Assembly: GCA_002269645.1 (NCBI GenBank)
Contig: NIVC01002041.1
Span: 62,001-126,000 of the forward strand
Origin: Macrostomum lignano
Taxonomy: Eukaryota
Direction of reading: 5' to 3'
DNA length: 64,000 bases
The translations under genes and the position numbers were made by a program. Shown in pieces: positions 26,773 to 40,166 of this stretch. The notes below the pieces were generated by a model. That model saw only the letters and a program-made list of their open reading frames with translations, was not told the DNA's origin and made no database searches. Numbering within the stretch: position 1 is the stretch's first letter; every line of letters starts with the position of its first letter.

Positions 26773-27813
26773 ATAAATCATAGAAAACAAATTTATATTT
26801 TTGTCTAATAAGATCCATCCAAGGCCAATTGGCCTTTAAAATGATATTTGATTGGACGATTATTTCCAATTGAGAAACACTGTCATAAAATTTCTTAAGA
26901 TTTCTTTGCTCATCTATTTATATTTTAGAATTACTTATGTAATTATGTAAAGCCGGCAAAGTTGGAAAGATTCGAGCACTACTCATTTAATGGGCTGCTA
27001 TAATGAGAATTCATAATAAATTGATGCAATAATTAAAAAGTTTAATTTTGAAGCTTCTACGAGCTAATAAACAGCTTAATTTGTAGGATTCAAAGTATTA
27101 GTAATACAATTAATAACACTTTCTATCCACAGAGGCATGAGTGCATGCATGTATTTTAATTTTAACGACTCAATTGCTGGTGGAATATGGACGAATAATT
27201 TGTTAATCATCAAATTTATGAAACAATTTGTCCAAAAGCCAATTTAACTTCAATAAAAATGCATTGGCTACATAAGATTGATTTTTGTTAGCTTTAACAC
27301 TTAGCCTATATAACCGTTCCGAATTTCGACGTTTCTCACCTTCTGAACTCCAAATCAAGGACTACTTGAGTAGTAGTCCTTGATTGCATTACCACCGTAG
27401 AAAGCCTGACACGCAAATTGATCGAGGATGCAACGCAGAGAGAAGTTAAATATGCGGGCTTCAGCCACTTTACTCGGTGCGTAATGCAGAACCGGGAGTA
27501 GCCAACGTTCACTGCGTCAACAAGCCGCCTTCGATCAGCAGAACTCACAGGGGGGGGTGCCATTTCGTATTCAAAGAGTGGCAGGGGTTACGAGCGAGGC
27601 GAAACAACAGAAAATGGCGTGATTCTCAAACTTGCGTGTTAAATTCTCAATTTGCTTGTCAAGCTGTCCATGTCCAAAGCTATAAAGATTTCGAGGAAGC
27701 AAAGTTGGGCTTTCAAAATATTTTTAGCGATTTGAAAGAAATTCTCCCGCCCAGTTAACTGCTGCAGGACTCTTTAAGTGCACTGCCAAAAAAAGTACAG
27801 TTCGTCAACGGCA

Positions 27814-28196
27814 TCACAGGGTCTCAATCAGCTGGGTGAAGAGGGGCGGCGCAGTGGACGCGGCTGCGGCCGGATTTTGGTCATCCGCGCTAAGCAGGGC
27901 CTCGCAGACTCGCAGGTCAATGGAGTACTCGTCCGTGCCGTTGACCTGGATGACCCGCTTTGGGCCGGGGTCGGCCGGCTGCAGGTCCAGAATGGCGCTG
28001 GCGCCGGCCAGACTCGATGGCGTCTGCGGCGCCGGCGCGGAGAGCGACGGCAGGATCGCCGTTTCATCGTCTGTTTCGCACAGGCTCGGCGTAGCCAGTG
28101 GCGGTGGAGGCGGCGGCGGCGGCGGTGGTGGCGGCTGCAGCGGCGGCGGCGTCATCGTCTCGTCGCTGGGCGTCGTGGTGCTCCGGTCACCGACGC

Positions 28197-28233
<37 letters not shown>

Positions 28234-28865
28234 TCCTCCGCCTCCGCAGCCTTCATCGTCATCTGAGCCGGACGAGGTGCCCGCTGTCATTGCCACGGCC
28301 GCGCCCCGCCAGGCTGGCGAATTTCCGCTTGTCGGCGAAGCGGCCTCCTGCAGCAGCTTCTTGGCCGACGACTGGCGCTGGTTGGCCTTGCGGCAGCGCC
28401 GGGCTCGCCTGGAAGCCAGCAGCAGCGCCAGGACCGACAGTAGCGCCAACACGGCGCCGATTGCGCTGCCGGCACCGGCTGACACGTGCGCCAGACCGGT
28501 GCTGGCGTCAGTGCAGTACATCGAGGACGCCTGGGTGACGGTGTCGTTGTCAGCTGACGCTGTCCAGGTGCACCGCAGGCAGACCCGGTAGGTCGTGTCC
28601 GGCTCCAGGCCGCTCGCCAGGCAGTCTTGACGCCAGGCGGGCTCCAGCGGCACCTGGCTGATGTCCACTGACTGGCGGGCGGCGCTGCGCACAAACATCA
28701 CGTGACAATCGCGGAGGCGGCGCCGCGCCGAGGCCGGCCGGGCCCAGCGCCACTCGGCCGACAGGCTGCGGCCGCCAGCCCGGCTGACGTGCAGCCAGCG
28801 GAGCTCGGCCGGCGAGGCGGAGGAGCCACCGCCAGCGCTCTGACCCATGCTGAGCTGCTGAGAGT
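27814..28865 (-). CDS. Terminal exon of a single-pass membrane protein with a fibronectin type-III domain (LRR/Ig-FN3 receptor-like), a TM helix and a low-complexity G/P cytoplasmic tail
   Basis: LASGLEPDTTYRVCL is an FN3 C-terminal motif. AIGAVLALLSVLALLLA followed by RRARR fits a TM helix plus positive-inside residues. The frame is GC-rich and open to the stop at 27814. Upstream exons were not identified and the acceptor position is approximate. Confidence 0.7.
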
Positions 28866-29597
28866 GACTGAAATTTATCGCGGGATGGCCACCGTCAGTG
28901 AGAATGCCAGTGAGTTTCAATACTGTACACGCAGGCGCGCACGCATGCACGCGCTCACACAGGGTGTACAGCGGCTGTACATGTACATGTACTGTACATG
29001 TACAGCAGATGTACACCTGACTTTCTAATCATCAGGTATGTACACTTTTATACTATTACTCTGAGTATGCCCATGGGGCCCAAAGCTATACTACACAAAG
29101 AGTCGCCACGTACTTTTGCCAATCAAATGGCCGTGGGTTGCCCAGCCCCCGGCTAACACCCGGGGGAAAAGCTTACACTGTAGACAGATCGAAACTTTCA
29201 GCCCTTATAGCTATTTCTGAAATTGCCTTCTTTGCAATTGGAACTCAGTGGCTGGAATAATGGTTGCGGTATATACATGTAGGAGGCTGTATAGCTGTAA
29301 ATTAGGGGGGGGTCATTCCTTGCCACCGAGAGACTTCCGCCAGCCAAAGAGGCCGTACAGTCCAGCCAGTCCCCATGGTTGCTTCCGCCCAGCAGGGTTA
29401 ATCGGAACGGAGAGGATTGACACGCGACGGGACCAAATCTTTCCCCTCCCCTCTCTCGATATAAAGGAAGCTCTCTTCCGGCCTTCCCGCCGGCAGATGC
29501 TCTTCATCTTCAAAGCTCACCGCGGCGTGAATAGCCAGTCCCTCTTTTGAGTCCTGCCTAGAGCTTGCTTCGCCTGTTCCTTACGAATACGAAGGTC

Positions 29598-29604
29598 CTC
29601 TCTG

Positions 29605-29663
<59 letters not shown>

Positions 29664-29666
29664 TCC

Positions 29667-29727
<61 letters not shown>

Positions 29728-29735
29728 TCTCTCTC
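29598..29735. repeat. (CT)n microsatellite
   Basis: Direct observation. Confidence 0.97.
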
Positions 29736-29844
29736 CCCGTCTTCTCGAACTCGCGCTTGATATTGGAATTCAAAAGATTTCCCTACGGGCCCGACAGAAA
29801 TTTAGTTCAAAACATGCGGAGAAACGAGGGAGAAATGAGAGTTT

Positions 29845-29950
29845 CTGACTGACTGACTGACTGACTGACTGACTGACTGACTGACTGACTGACTGACTGA
29901 CTGACTGACTGACTGACTGACTGACTGACTGACTGACTGACTGACTGACT
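29845..29950. repeat. (GACT)n microsatellite
   Basis: Direct observation. Confidence 0.97.
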
Positions 29951-30195
29951 TCATTGTTGATTTCTTCATCCATTCTCCATTCAAGCTGATTCACCGTGTT
30001 ATATATTTTTCAAACTTTTTTCTCTTGATACGCATGCATCGAGGCTTCAGTACACAGTCGTTCAGTCTGATATAGAGGATAGAAAATAAATGAATAGAGT
30101 CGTTTTATACCTATTTATTTATGCATATAAAGCTTCTTTTGAAGGCTATGAGTAAGAAGGGAACTAGATATCGTAAGATGGATAATGGCGTAAAT

Positions 30196-30233
<38 letters not shown>

Positions 30234-30449
30234 AGAGCTGGTCTGAAGTGCAGCGGAAGCGGTAGACTTGGTGGCTAAGTTTGGGTAGCATGTGACTTAG
30301 CTAGAGGGATTATTTTGGTTCAGCGAAAGAGGAAAAAGACTGGAAATAGTTGATGCGCGTGGAGATTTAGGAGAGGAAAATTGTGTGAGACGATTAATAT
30401 GGTATAAGAGGAGAGACAAAGAGGCTTATGTCACATCAGATATTTTGAG

Positions 30450-31070
30450 AAATAACAGACACAGGGGGTTGAGACATTGTGAGAGATAACAGACAGGGGT
30501 TGAGACATTGTGAAAGATAACAGACAGGGGTTGAGAAATTGTGAAAGATAACATGCATAGGGGGCTTGAGACATTGAGAGAGATAACACACACAGGGGGC
30601 TGAGACATTGAGAGAGATAACACACACAGGGGAACTGAGACATTGAGAGAGATAACACACACAGGGGGCTGAGACATTGAGAGAGATAACACACACGGGG
30701 GGCTGAGACATTGAGAGAGATAACACACACAGGGGGCTGAGACATTGAGAGAGATAACACACACAGGGGATGAGACATTGAGAGAGATAACACACACAGG
30801 GGGCTGAGACATTGAGAGAGATAACACACACAGGGGAACTGAGACATTGAGAGAGATAACACACACAGGGGGCTGAGACATTGAGAGAGATAACACACAC
30901 AGGGGGCTGAGACATTGAGAGAGATAACACACACAGGGGAACTGAGACATTGAGAGAGATAACACACACGGGGGGCTGAGACATTGAGAGAGATAAAACA
31001 CACAGGGGGCTGAGACATTGAGAGAGATAACACACACAGGGGATGAGACATTGTGAGAGATAACAGACAG
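30450..31070. repeat. ~34-35-bp minisatellite (GGGGGCTGAGACATTGAGAGAGATAACACACACA)n
   Basis: About 18 tandem copies. Confidence 0.95.
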
Positions 31071-31774
31071 GCTGGGTTGAGTCTAGCAGTGAGCGAAAAA
31101 TGACAGGACTGGAAGCTTAGAGACTGAGAAGGGATGAGAAATCGAGGAAGAGAAGAAGCAAAGGTGAATGACAGGCAGCTAGTGATCCCGGGATTAAGCT
31201 TCCCTGAAATCGCAGAAGGGAACTATCGATCGATCACTGTTGATCGCTATGCAGTGGGCATTGTTGACACAGCGGATTTGGTCAATAGTATCTCCAATTG
31301 AGCTCATCGATAAGCAGCCGTCATGATATCTGTTAATCCGCTAGTCGGCGTGTCAGCAGACAGAAACTCGTGGTTAAACTTATTCGGCAAGCTTATTTGC
31401 TAAAGAAGAACAGGAGTAAGATCGATATTGCTTTTTTAGTTTTGATTGACGCTTAGAGCCCTGCATATTAACATGCTTGTATACTCGTGCGTAAGTAGCT
31501 TACGAGCATATGGGCTCTTCGAGATGTGCTCACCGCACTTGGTTATTTTCACGCTAAATTAAGCTTTTCCCCGATTAGGATTATCCCCCCCCCAAACTGG
31601 GAGCAGGCAGCAGAAAGTTCGTGACGCTGCGGCTTTCCCTGCTTGTATAGAAACAAGCAAGAAACAAGAAGTTATAGTGCTACTCATAGTGCTGTGTGAG
31701 TCCCTCTTGAGTTGGATTTAAGAGACGACGCTGAGCAGTTATGCGTCAAAGCAAAGAGAAGAAGTCGAGAAGAA

Positions 31775-32310
31775 GCAAAGAGGGCGCCATTAGAAGCATA
31801 GAGGGGGCCATTAGAAGCATAGAGGGTGCCATTAGAAGCATAGAGGGTGCCATTAGAAGCATAGCGGCCCCCATTAGAAGCATAGAGGGCGCCATTAGAA
31901 GCAAAGAGGGCGCCATTAGAAGCATAGAGGGCGCCATTAGAAGCATAGAGGGGGCCATTAGAAGCATAGAGGGTGCCATTAGAAGCATAGAGGGTGCCAT
32001 TAGAAGCATAGCGGCCCCCATTAGAAGCATAGAGGGTGCCATTAGAAGCATAGAGGGCGTAATTAGAAGCATAGAGGGCGCCATTAGAAACATAGAGGGC
32101 GACATTAGAAACATAGAGGGTGCCATTAGAAGCATAGCGGCCCCAGTAGAAGCATAGAAGCGCCATTAGAATCATAGTGGGTGCCATTAGGAGCATAGGG
32201 TGCTATTAGAAGCATAGAGGACGCCATTTGAAGCATAGAGAGCGCCATTAGAAGAATAGAGGGTGCCATTAGAAGTATAGTGGCCGCCCATTAGAAGCAT
32301 AGAAGTGCCA
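31775..32310. repeat. 21-bp minisatellite (GAGGGCGCCATTAGAAGCATA)n
   Basis: About 25 copies; source of the SIEGAIR / YASNGAL ORFs. Confidence 0.95.
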
Positions 32311-33089
32311 TAAGTAGCTGTGGATTCGCTTTACAAAGCCGGACAGCTAATTACACTGCAGGTAAACACAAGCGAATGCGCTGGCCAGCAGTGTGCTGCA
32401 ATAAGTCACGCTATTGCTCACGCAGATTCGCCCTTCACTGGCGTGCTCAGCCGCATTAACCGCGCCGCCCCCAACTCATCCCAACCCTGTTCCCATCAGC
32501 GATTCCATCCACGAATTTGCTTGCTGATGCCGACGTTGAGAGCCAGGGGGGGCGCTTAGCAACTAAAAAATGCCTTCTTTTTTCGAATATGCTCAGCCCC
32601 CGCCCCCTAAAAAAGTCTCTCTCCTCTTCATCTCGACTTGTCCGACTGTCTCTCAGTTTTGTATCGACAAACTCGACAGAGTCCAGAGCTAGTTAGTCTG
32701 GCCACGGGAGCACAGATTCCGGACACCGCCATCTCCTCCGAGGGTGGAGAAAGGGAGGGAGGGGAATAAGGAAGAAAGAAAGGGAGATTAGAGGTGGAAA
32801 GGGTTGGCAAAGCAATTCTGTCGGCAAAAGAAGGAAAGTTGCAGTTCTGTTTTCCTTTTCTTCTCTGTCGATGTATTCCATCTTCCATCTGTTATGCGCG
32901 AGCATCAATAAATAGCTGCAGTGTGGCCATGGCTGCTAGCTATTCACTGAGGCTGCTACACTTTTCTTTCAAAAGCAGAACTGGCCAAGAAAACTTTATT
33001 TTTCATCTGATGATGATATCTTCTATCAGTTATGATGATTGTGGCTTTAACTATGATGGTTATAACTGTAATCATGACGAATTATGCCT

Positions 33090-33340
33090 GCAATCATGAT
33101 GATTCTGACTTTAATCATGATGATTTTGACTGTAATAATGATGATTCTGACTGTAATAATGATGATTCTGACTGTAATATTGATGATTCTGACTGTATCA
33201 TGATGATTTTGACTGTAATATTGATGATTCTGACTGTAATATTGATGATTCTGACTGTAATATTGATGATTCTGACTGTAATAATGATGATTCTGACTGT
33301 AATATTGATGATTCTGACTGTATCATGATGATTCTGAATC
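33090..33340. repeat. 21-bp minisatellite (TGATGATTCTGACTGTAATAT)n
   Basis: About 11 copies. Confidence 0.93.
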
Positions 33341-34264
33341 TATAGGGTAAAAACTCAGGTAGATTAATAAATAATTTGTCAGTCAAAAATTGGCAGCAGA
33401 AGTCTTTCTTACCCCTGGATGAAGGCACCGAAAATGAACCGCCAGAGATTAAATTGCGATTTTAAGCCAGTAAACTTCGACTAATAAAAGTTGATGCTCA
33501 CAGACACACACTCTCTCTATTTTACTGATTGTTTAATTCCCAAATCCCATCCAGGACACTCTCGCTTTTTTCAAAGCCGTCTTTGCTTGGCCCTGTTGTT
33601 GGCCCGTTTTCTCCTTTCCATGCAAGTTGCGCGGGCGATGAGACGGGGAGAGAAAGGGGGAGAGGGAGAGGGGTAGAGAATGTGCAGCAAGCAGAAAGCA
33701 AGAGAGACAGACACGCTTTTCCCATTTGCCCTCCTCCCCAGTCCCCCCCCCCGTAGCCGCAGTTCTGGGTTGCCTGCGGAACCAGACAATTCTGAGTCCA
33801 ATTCTCCCGCTGCCCCTCTCCCCTTAAAAGCACACTGCTGAGTGTAATAAACCAATGAGAATGCAGCCGGGTCAGAGGGAGATAGGATTAGAATAACTAT
33901 TCATTGTATGAATAATCCCATCAGTGGTTCAGGTTAGACCAAACCGTTTCCGTGTTTTGCAGGCCTGATCGGTGGCCTGTCTCAGTCCTGCAGAGATCAT
34001 TCCCGACCTGCAACCAGCTGCACGCGGTAGGGGCTGGGTTTACAACGCGAAGTACTCTCGCACGGTCGTAGTTAGTCAGCCGCGCTAGTGACTTTGACTG
34101 GACGCTGACAGATGAGGCAGCTCATGTTGATGATGATGGCTGCTGGCCTCTCGTGGTCAGGTATAATTATGATTATTGCACTACTGGCTGATCAACTATA
34201 TAGTTAGAACGTGATAATTAGAACCACGCGCAATTGTGTTCGAGCAAGTGTGAACGGCAGTGGA

Positions 34265-34750
34265 TATTTTGGACATTTTGAGACAGGATAAGACATTTTG
34301 AGACAGGAGTGGACACTTTGAGATAGGAGTGGACATTTTGAGACAGGAGTGGACACTTTGAGATAGGAGTGGACATTTTGAGACAGGAGTGGACAGATTG
34401 AGTCAGAAGCGGATACAATGAGACATTTTGAAACCATTTGAGACAATAGTGGATGGACATTTTGAGAGAGGAGTGGACCACTTTGAGACATTTTGAAGGT
34501 ATTTGAGACAATAGCGGACAGTTTGACATATGAGTGGACATTTTAAGATAGGAGTGGAAATTTTAAGATACTCGTAGGAGTGGACATTTTAAGATAGGAG
34601 TGGAAATTTTAAGATACTCGTAGGAGTGGACATTTTAAGATAGGAGTGGACACTTTGAGATAGGAGTGGACATTTTGAGACAGGAGTGGACATTTTGAGA
34701 TAGGAGTGGACATTTTGAGATAGGAGTGGACCACCTTGAGACATTTTGAA
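34265..34750. repeat. ~20-bp minisatellite (GGAGTGGACATTTTGAGACA)n
   Basis: About 20 degenerate copies. Confidence 0.9.
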
Positions 34751-35379
34751 GGTGTTAAAACCATTTTACAACCAATTTGACTCAAACAGAATTTGAATTA
34801 TTTTAGAACCAAGCAAAATGCAATCTTACAATGCAGTTAATTATAAACCAGGCAATTTACGCTTAAGAATCAATGGCGCAGTTTACAGAGCTAAAAGCCA
34901 GCATATTGAGCAGCAGCTGAGTGCAGGGCTCAGCTGTTTTTACCGAGATCGGGATTCGCCAAGTTAGCCAGTAAGTTGCTATGCTGAGCGGCATCTGCTA
35001 GAACACAAACACTGCCCTGGGTAGCAGTACAGTGCTCGGGTCTACAGCCAGCTGCTTCTATTTAATAAAATCGAAAAATCTCTAATCCATCCCCCGCAAA
35101 AAAACCAAAGAAGTTTCTTCCCAGGCGAGCTTGCAGTCTGGCTTATAGTACGAGTAGGGGAGTCAGCCTCTCTTTTTCGACATCATCAAACCGGAGTCCC
35201 GGACACAGAGCTGCATTAATTACTGTGGCTCTCCTCCCCTGCCCCCTGGCGTGAGGTCGGAGAGGGGAGGGGAGGGAGATTTACCCGCCCTCTCAGTAGC
35301 CTTTCATTAGCATTTTCTTCTGCCGCTTGTGCCTGTTGCCAGGGAGTTTCTAAATCTGAAGACAGAATCTGGCGCAGTG

Positions 35380-36610
35380 AGACAGGACGCAGGAAACAGA
35401 CACAGGACGCAGGAAACAGACGCAGGACGCAGGAAACAGACACAGGACGCAGGAAACAGACGCAGGACGCAGGAAACAGACACAGGACGCAGGACACAGA
35501 CAGGACGCAGGAAACAGACGCAGGACGCAGGAAACAGACGCAGGACGCAGGAAACAGACACAGGACGCAGGACACAGACAGGACGCAGGAAACAGACGCA
35601 GGACGCAGGAAACAGACACAGGACGCAGGAAACAGACGCAGGACGCAGGAAACAGACACAGGACGCAGGACACAGACAGGACGCAGGAAACAGACGCAGG
35701 ACGCAGGAAACAGACACAGGACGCAGGAAACAGACGCAGGACGCAGGAAAAAGACACAGGACGCAGGACAAAGACAGGACGCAGGAAACAGACACAGGAC
35801 GCAGGACACAGACAGGACGCAGGAAACAGACACAGGACGCAGGACACAGACAGGACGCAGGAAACAGACGCAGGACGCAGGAAACATACACAGGACGCAG
35901 GAAACAGACACAGGACGCAGGAAACAGACACAGGACGCAGGACACAGACAGGACGCAGGAAACAGACACAGGACGCAGGACACAGACAGGACGCAAGAAA
36001 CAGACGCAGGACGCAGGAAACAGACACAGGACGCAGGACACAGACAGGACGCAAGAAACAGACGCAGGACGCAGAAACAGACACAGGACGCAGGACACAG
36101 ACAGGACGCAGGAAACAGACGCAGGACGCAGGAAACATACACAGGACGCAGTAAACAGACACAGGACGCAGGAAAAAGACACAGGACGCAGGACACAGAC
36201 AGGACGCAGGAAACAGACACAGGACGCAGGACACAGACAGGACGCAGGAAACAGACGCAGGACGCAGGAAACAGACAGGACGCAGGAAACAGACACAGGA
36301 CGCAGGACACAGACAGGACGCAGGAAAAAGACACAGGACGCAGGACACAGACAGGACGCAGGAAACAGACGCAGGACGCAGGAAACAGACACAGGACGCA
36401 GGACACAGACAGGATGCAGGAAAAAGACACAGGACGCAGGACACAGACAGGACGCAGGAAACAGACACAGGACGCAGGAAACAGACGCAGGACGCAGGAA
36501 ACAGACACAGGACGCAGGACACAGACAGGACGCAGGACACAGACACAGGACGCAGGAAACAGACACAGGACGCAGGACACAGGACACAGAATCGACAGAA
36601 CACAGGACAT
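35380..36610. repeat. Complex ~18-20-bp minisatellite (CAGGACGCAGGAAACAGACA / CAGGACGCAGGACACAGA)n
   Basis: About 1.2 kb tandem array; source of the 417-465 aa SCVL/TQDAG spurious ORFs. Confidence 0.97.
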
Positions 36611-36799
36611 CACAATATACTAAATCTTTAAGGTTTGACCGGTATTTCATTTATTCACTAAATTCTTAACTTTGTAGGATAGCAAATAGTATCTAAATAA
36701 TTTAGGACTGAATCTAAGGGTTCGTTTCTTGCCTGTAACCATACCTACTTCCCAGACCTACCATATCTACTTCCATGCATACCATAGCTCGTATCTGCA

Positions 36800-37095
36800 G
36801 CTGTTTCCTATCCAGATGTCTAGTTGGAGGCGTCCACGGCCTAGCAGCTTCAGCTTCAAGCTCCATATTCGGCTTCTACAGACTCGGCAAGCGTCGAGGG
36901 AGGAGCCAAAGCCGCTCTGCCAATCTACAGCCAAGCAGGCTTGGGAAAAACGGGTCAGCGCTGTGGGAGAGCGCAAAGCTGTGGGAGGGCACTCTCCTCT
37001 CTTGCCCTTCCCGCCAAAGAATCGATTTATTGATGCCAAGTGTCGAACACTCTCCGAGAGAGCTTTATGGTGAAAACGAGCGCAATATAACACCT
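36800..37095 (+). pseudogene. Possible decayed 3' end of a CR1/L2/Rex-type LINE
   Basis: GGHSPLLPFPPKNRFIDAKCRT followed, after a frameshift, by LRESFM resembles the 'HP..LF..LPSGRRYRS..RT.RL.NSF' terminus of these LINEs. Weak match. Confidence 0.3.
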
Positions 37096-40000
37096 CAGTT
37101 CTGCCCACCCCTGACCCACCTACTCGATGATGGGATCTCTCCACTCTGAGGCTTCAATTCTATTTTTAGCATCCGGAAGCCCATTTTATCTGGCTAAGAT
37201 GTACACGAGTCTAAATTAAAAGCATATTGTACTTACTAGCTACTTATAGTCATATGATCAGTAGCATATGCAGACGCCATCTTTTCCGGCAAAAAAAATT
37301 ACCTCACCTGACTGCCCCTCCCAAAGGCAGCATCCCTCTAATGGTATTCTTTTTGGCTCGAGTTGGAATTTGCAGGTGCAGTCAAAGCTCAATTTGAACC
37401 TTAAAAACATTTGTGTCCCATGATGACATGTTAGGAATAAAAGCCGCAATGCTAGGCTTATAGCAGAGTTAGGGGTAAACGCGTTTAACTCTCGCAACGC
37501 TACCCCGTGCTTCGATTCCGAGCGAGCGGCCACATTCATTTGGGGCTTGTGCGCGAAAATCGGCTGAGAGTTTACATGTCCGGGTCAGCAATATTAAATT
37601 GGTTTGGGTGTATGGATCAGCAGCAGCAGAGCAGCGATCATGTGCCAGTAACAGTAATTCTTTAAATATATACTCGTACATCTACGTGTAGTTTCAATAT
37701 GCACTGTTAGTGTATGCTTGACTTATTCTACTTGTACCTCGACGGCATGCAACGAGGTTTGCCCATCGAGCTGCTGCTATCCTTGGCCAATCGGATCTTC
37801 CGGGTGGAGCTGGAGATCGTGAGGCTCACTGGCCGTTGCAGAGTCTATCGGACCGATTCTGCAGCAGAGTTTTCGCTGCATCTCCCTGTCTAACTGACTG
37901 CTTCAAGTCGACGACCACGCAGCTTCGCGGCCGGCCGAACGCTCGCCTGTTCTGCGTTAGATCGTATACTCGGTTTCGTCGACTGCCCTAGAGCACTGCC
38001 AGCGGTGCGGCCTACGTTCGTTGCCAGGCCATGTGACGTTGTCTTTTGCCACTCAAAACTCACGCGACTGGCTGACTTATTAATTAATTGCTCACTTTGT
38101 AATTGTTGTTGTTGTTGTTGTTGTTGTTGTTATGTACAGTTAGTCTCTGAAACAATTGAACCTCGATCTGATTTTAAGAAATGACATACGTAAAACTTGA
38201 AGTTATGGTACGTGCCCTTATTTAAAAGCCCATCAATCAACCCGAAATTTTTTGCAAGATGTACCGGTTGTCGTGAGGACACACTCGACCTGATTCACAA
38301 AAAATATTCGTGAAAGCCTTGTATGTAAATCTCTCAAGTGAAATAAATCCCATATTTACATTAAAAGTTACTGTAGTAACCCATTTTTGAAATGCATATC
38401 TTGATTATAAAATATTAAAAGCTCAGCAGCTAAACTCAGATACTAAAAATTTGTTATCCGGGATAACTTTCGAGTCACATAAGAAAGTCAACATTGTTGT
38501 CGTGACTAATTTTTTTAGTAGTGCGTGTGTGTAATATATAGCTTGTCGGTGTTCTCTTCTCAATGATAGGAAAATTAAATTGCCGTGGAATTTGAATATT
38601 TTTCTAGGACTGAGTGTGCTAAAACTCGAGTTCAAGGTAGAACCAACAGAAATATTTTGAATTAGGCGTAATAACTAAGGTAAAAGCGGTCTTCCTTCCA
38701 GAATCAGTGTACTAAACTTGCTGAATACGAATAGAACTAGCAGCCCGCCTGTCTGTCTATTATATTGTACAAGCAATATGTATTTCTGATGTTAAATGAC
38801 TGCATTTTTTTAGAGAAAAATCAACTTTACTTACCAAATTTACTATGTTTAATTCATTATATGGTTGCTTTGTATTTGCTTTTATAATAAAACTAGGCAT
38901 AGTCCTAGGCCTATAGGCCTAGTTCTATCGATGCATTTGGTCAATGCTTGTAAAATTTGTGCCTGACTTTTAACTGTGATTGTTAAGTACTAGCAAAAGT
39001 TAAGAAGTAAAAAATATTCAAAAATCTTATAACCTTTGGTTTTGCTAGCCATAACATTATTATAGACCTGCTTTAGCTTACCGATTGTGATATATGACAA
39101 TGACATAATTCGAATTCAAATTGCAGCATGATTAGGCCCATAAAAAGCAGATAGTTTTTAAAAATATTATATTTAAAGATTTTTCACAAAAACTACCTAC
39201 TTAATACTAATAGCCAAATAGGTGACAAAAGGAATAAAAGAAAAGTTCAAAGATTTCTGATTTAGAACACAAAATTAGGCCTGGGGGGCCTAATGCATTT
39301 TAAGTTGAAAAAATATTTATTTTCTCTTTATATTTACCTTTTTAACTTTTAGGCCTACAACAATTTGTAGAAATCTATAAAATTCCCAAATATATTTGAT
39401 TGCTTATGTAGAATACTTTTTAAATTTTTTTTCAATAGGCCTGAGTTAAAATAGAAATGTTTTATATGCTAAAAATATATCTACCAAAAGCAAAAATATT
39501 TTTTTCATCATTGACAAAGGCAATGTGCATACTAGCACACTTTAAGTGACATTATTATATAACTAGCAAGATATATTATTGACTACATATATGAGCACAC
39601 TGTCTTAGATCACTAAGCTAGTGCCTGCTAACAAAAGAATTCAATATTTTCTAAATCTTGCTAGAGTCCCTACATGAGCACTAGCTCCCAAAGCAAATTA
39701 TATGCATGTTTGAAAAAAGAAAGTACATATAGGGTTTACAATAGCCTATACAAACAATTACACTATTTTGCAAAGGATAGGCCTAGCCTTTATTATAAAA
39801 ATTTGTAGACATGTTTGTAGTGTAATCCTATGCTTTCCAACCTTAAAAAATGAAATGTATATATGCTAATTGATAGCTAAAAGCAAATAGATACTCACAA
39901 TATATATGAGCTATATAAAAATTTTGTTTTTATAAGACAATATTTTTTTCAAAGGTAGCAATCTGGGCCTCATTGGCTTAGTAATTGTATATCAAGTCTA

Positions 40001-40166
40001 TTTTTGCTTGCTAATTTATAACATTCGTCATTGGTTTAATTTATATAAATTAAATATATATATACAGATTTATCAATTCTAGTCACAATTTTTCAGGAAC
40101 AACCAGCTATGGACTCTCAACCCAGTGAATAATAACTAATTTATTTGGCTACTTAAACTGACTGCA

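Noticed and set aside
31684-32196. YASNGAL / SIEGAIR heptad ORFs
   Set aside because: A 21-bp unit keeps frames open by construction; no start, splice or domain context
35216-36669. Long ORFs of 417-465 aa, Cys-rich or TQDAG-rich
   Set aside because: Translations of a stop-free minisatellite, open in several frames on both strands, with no splice or domain support
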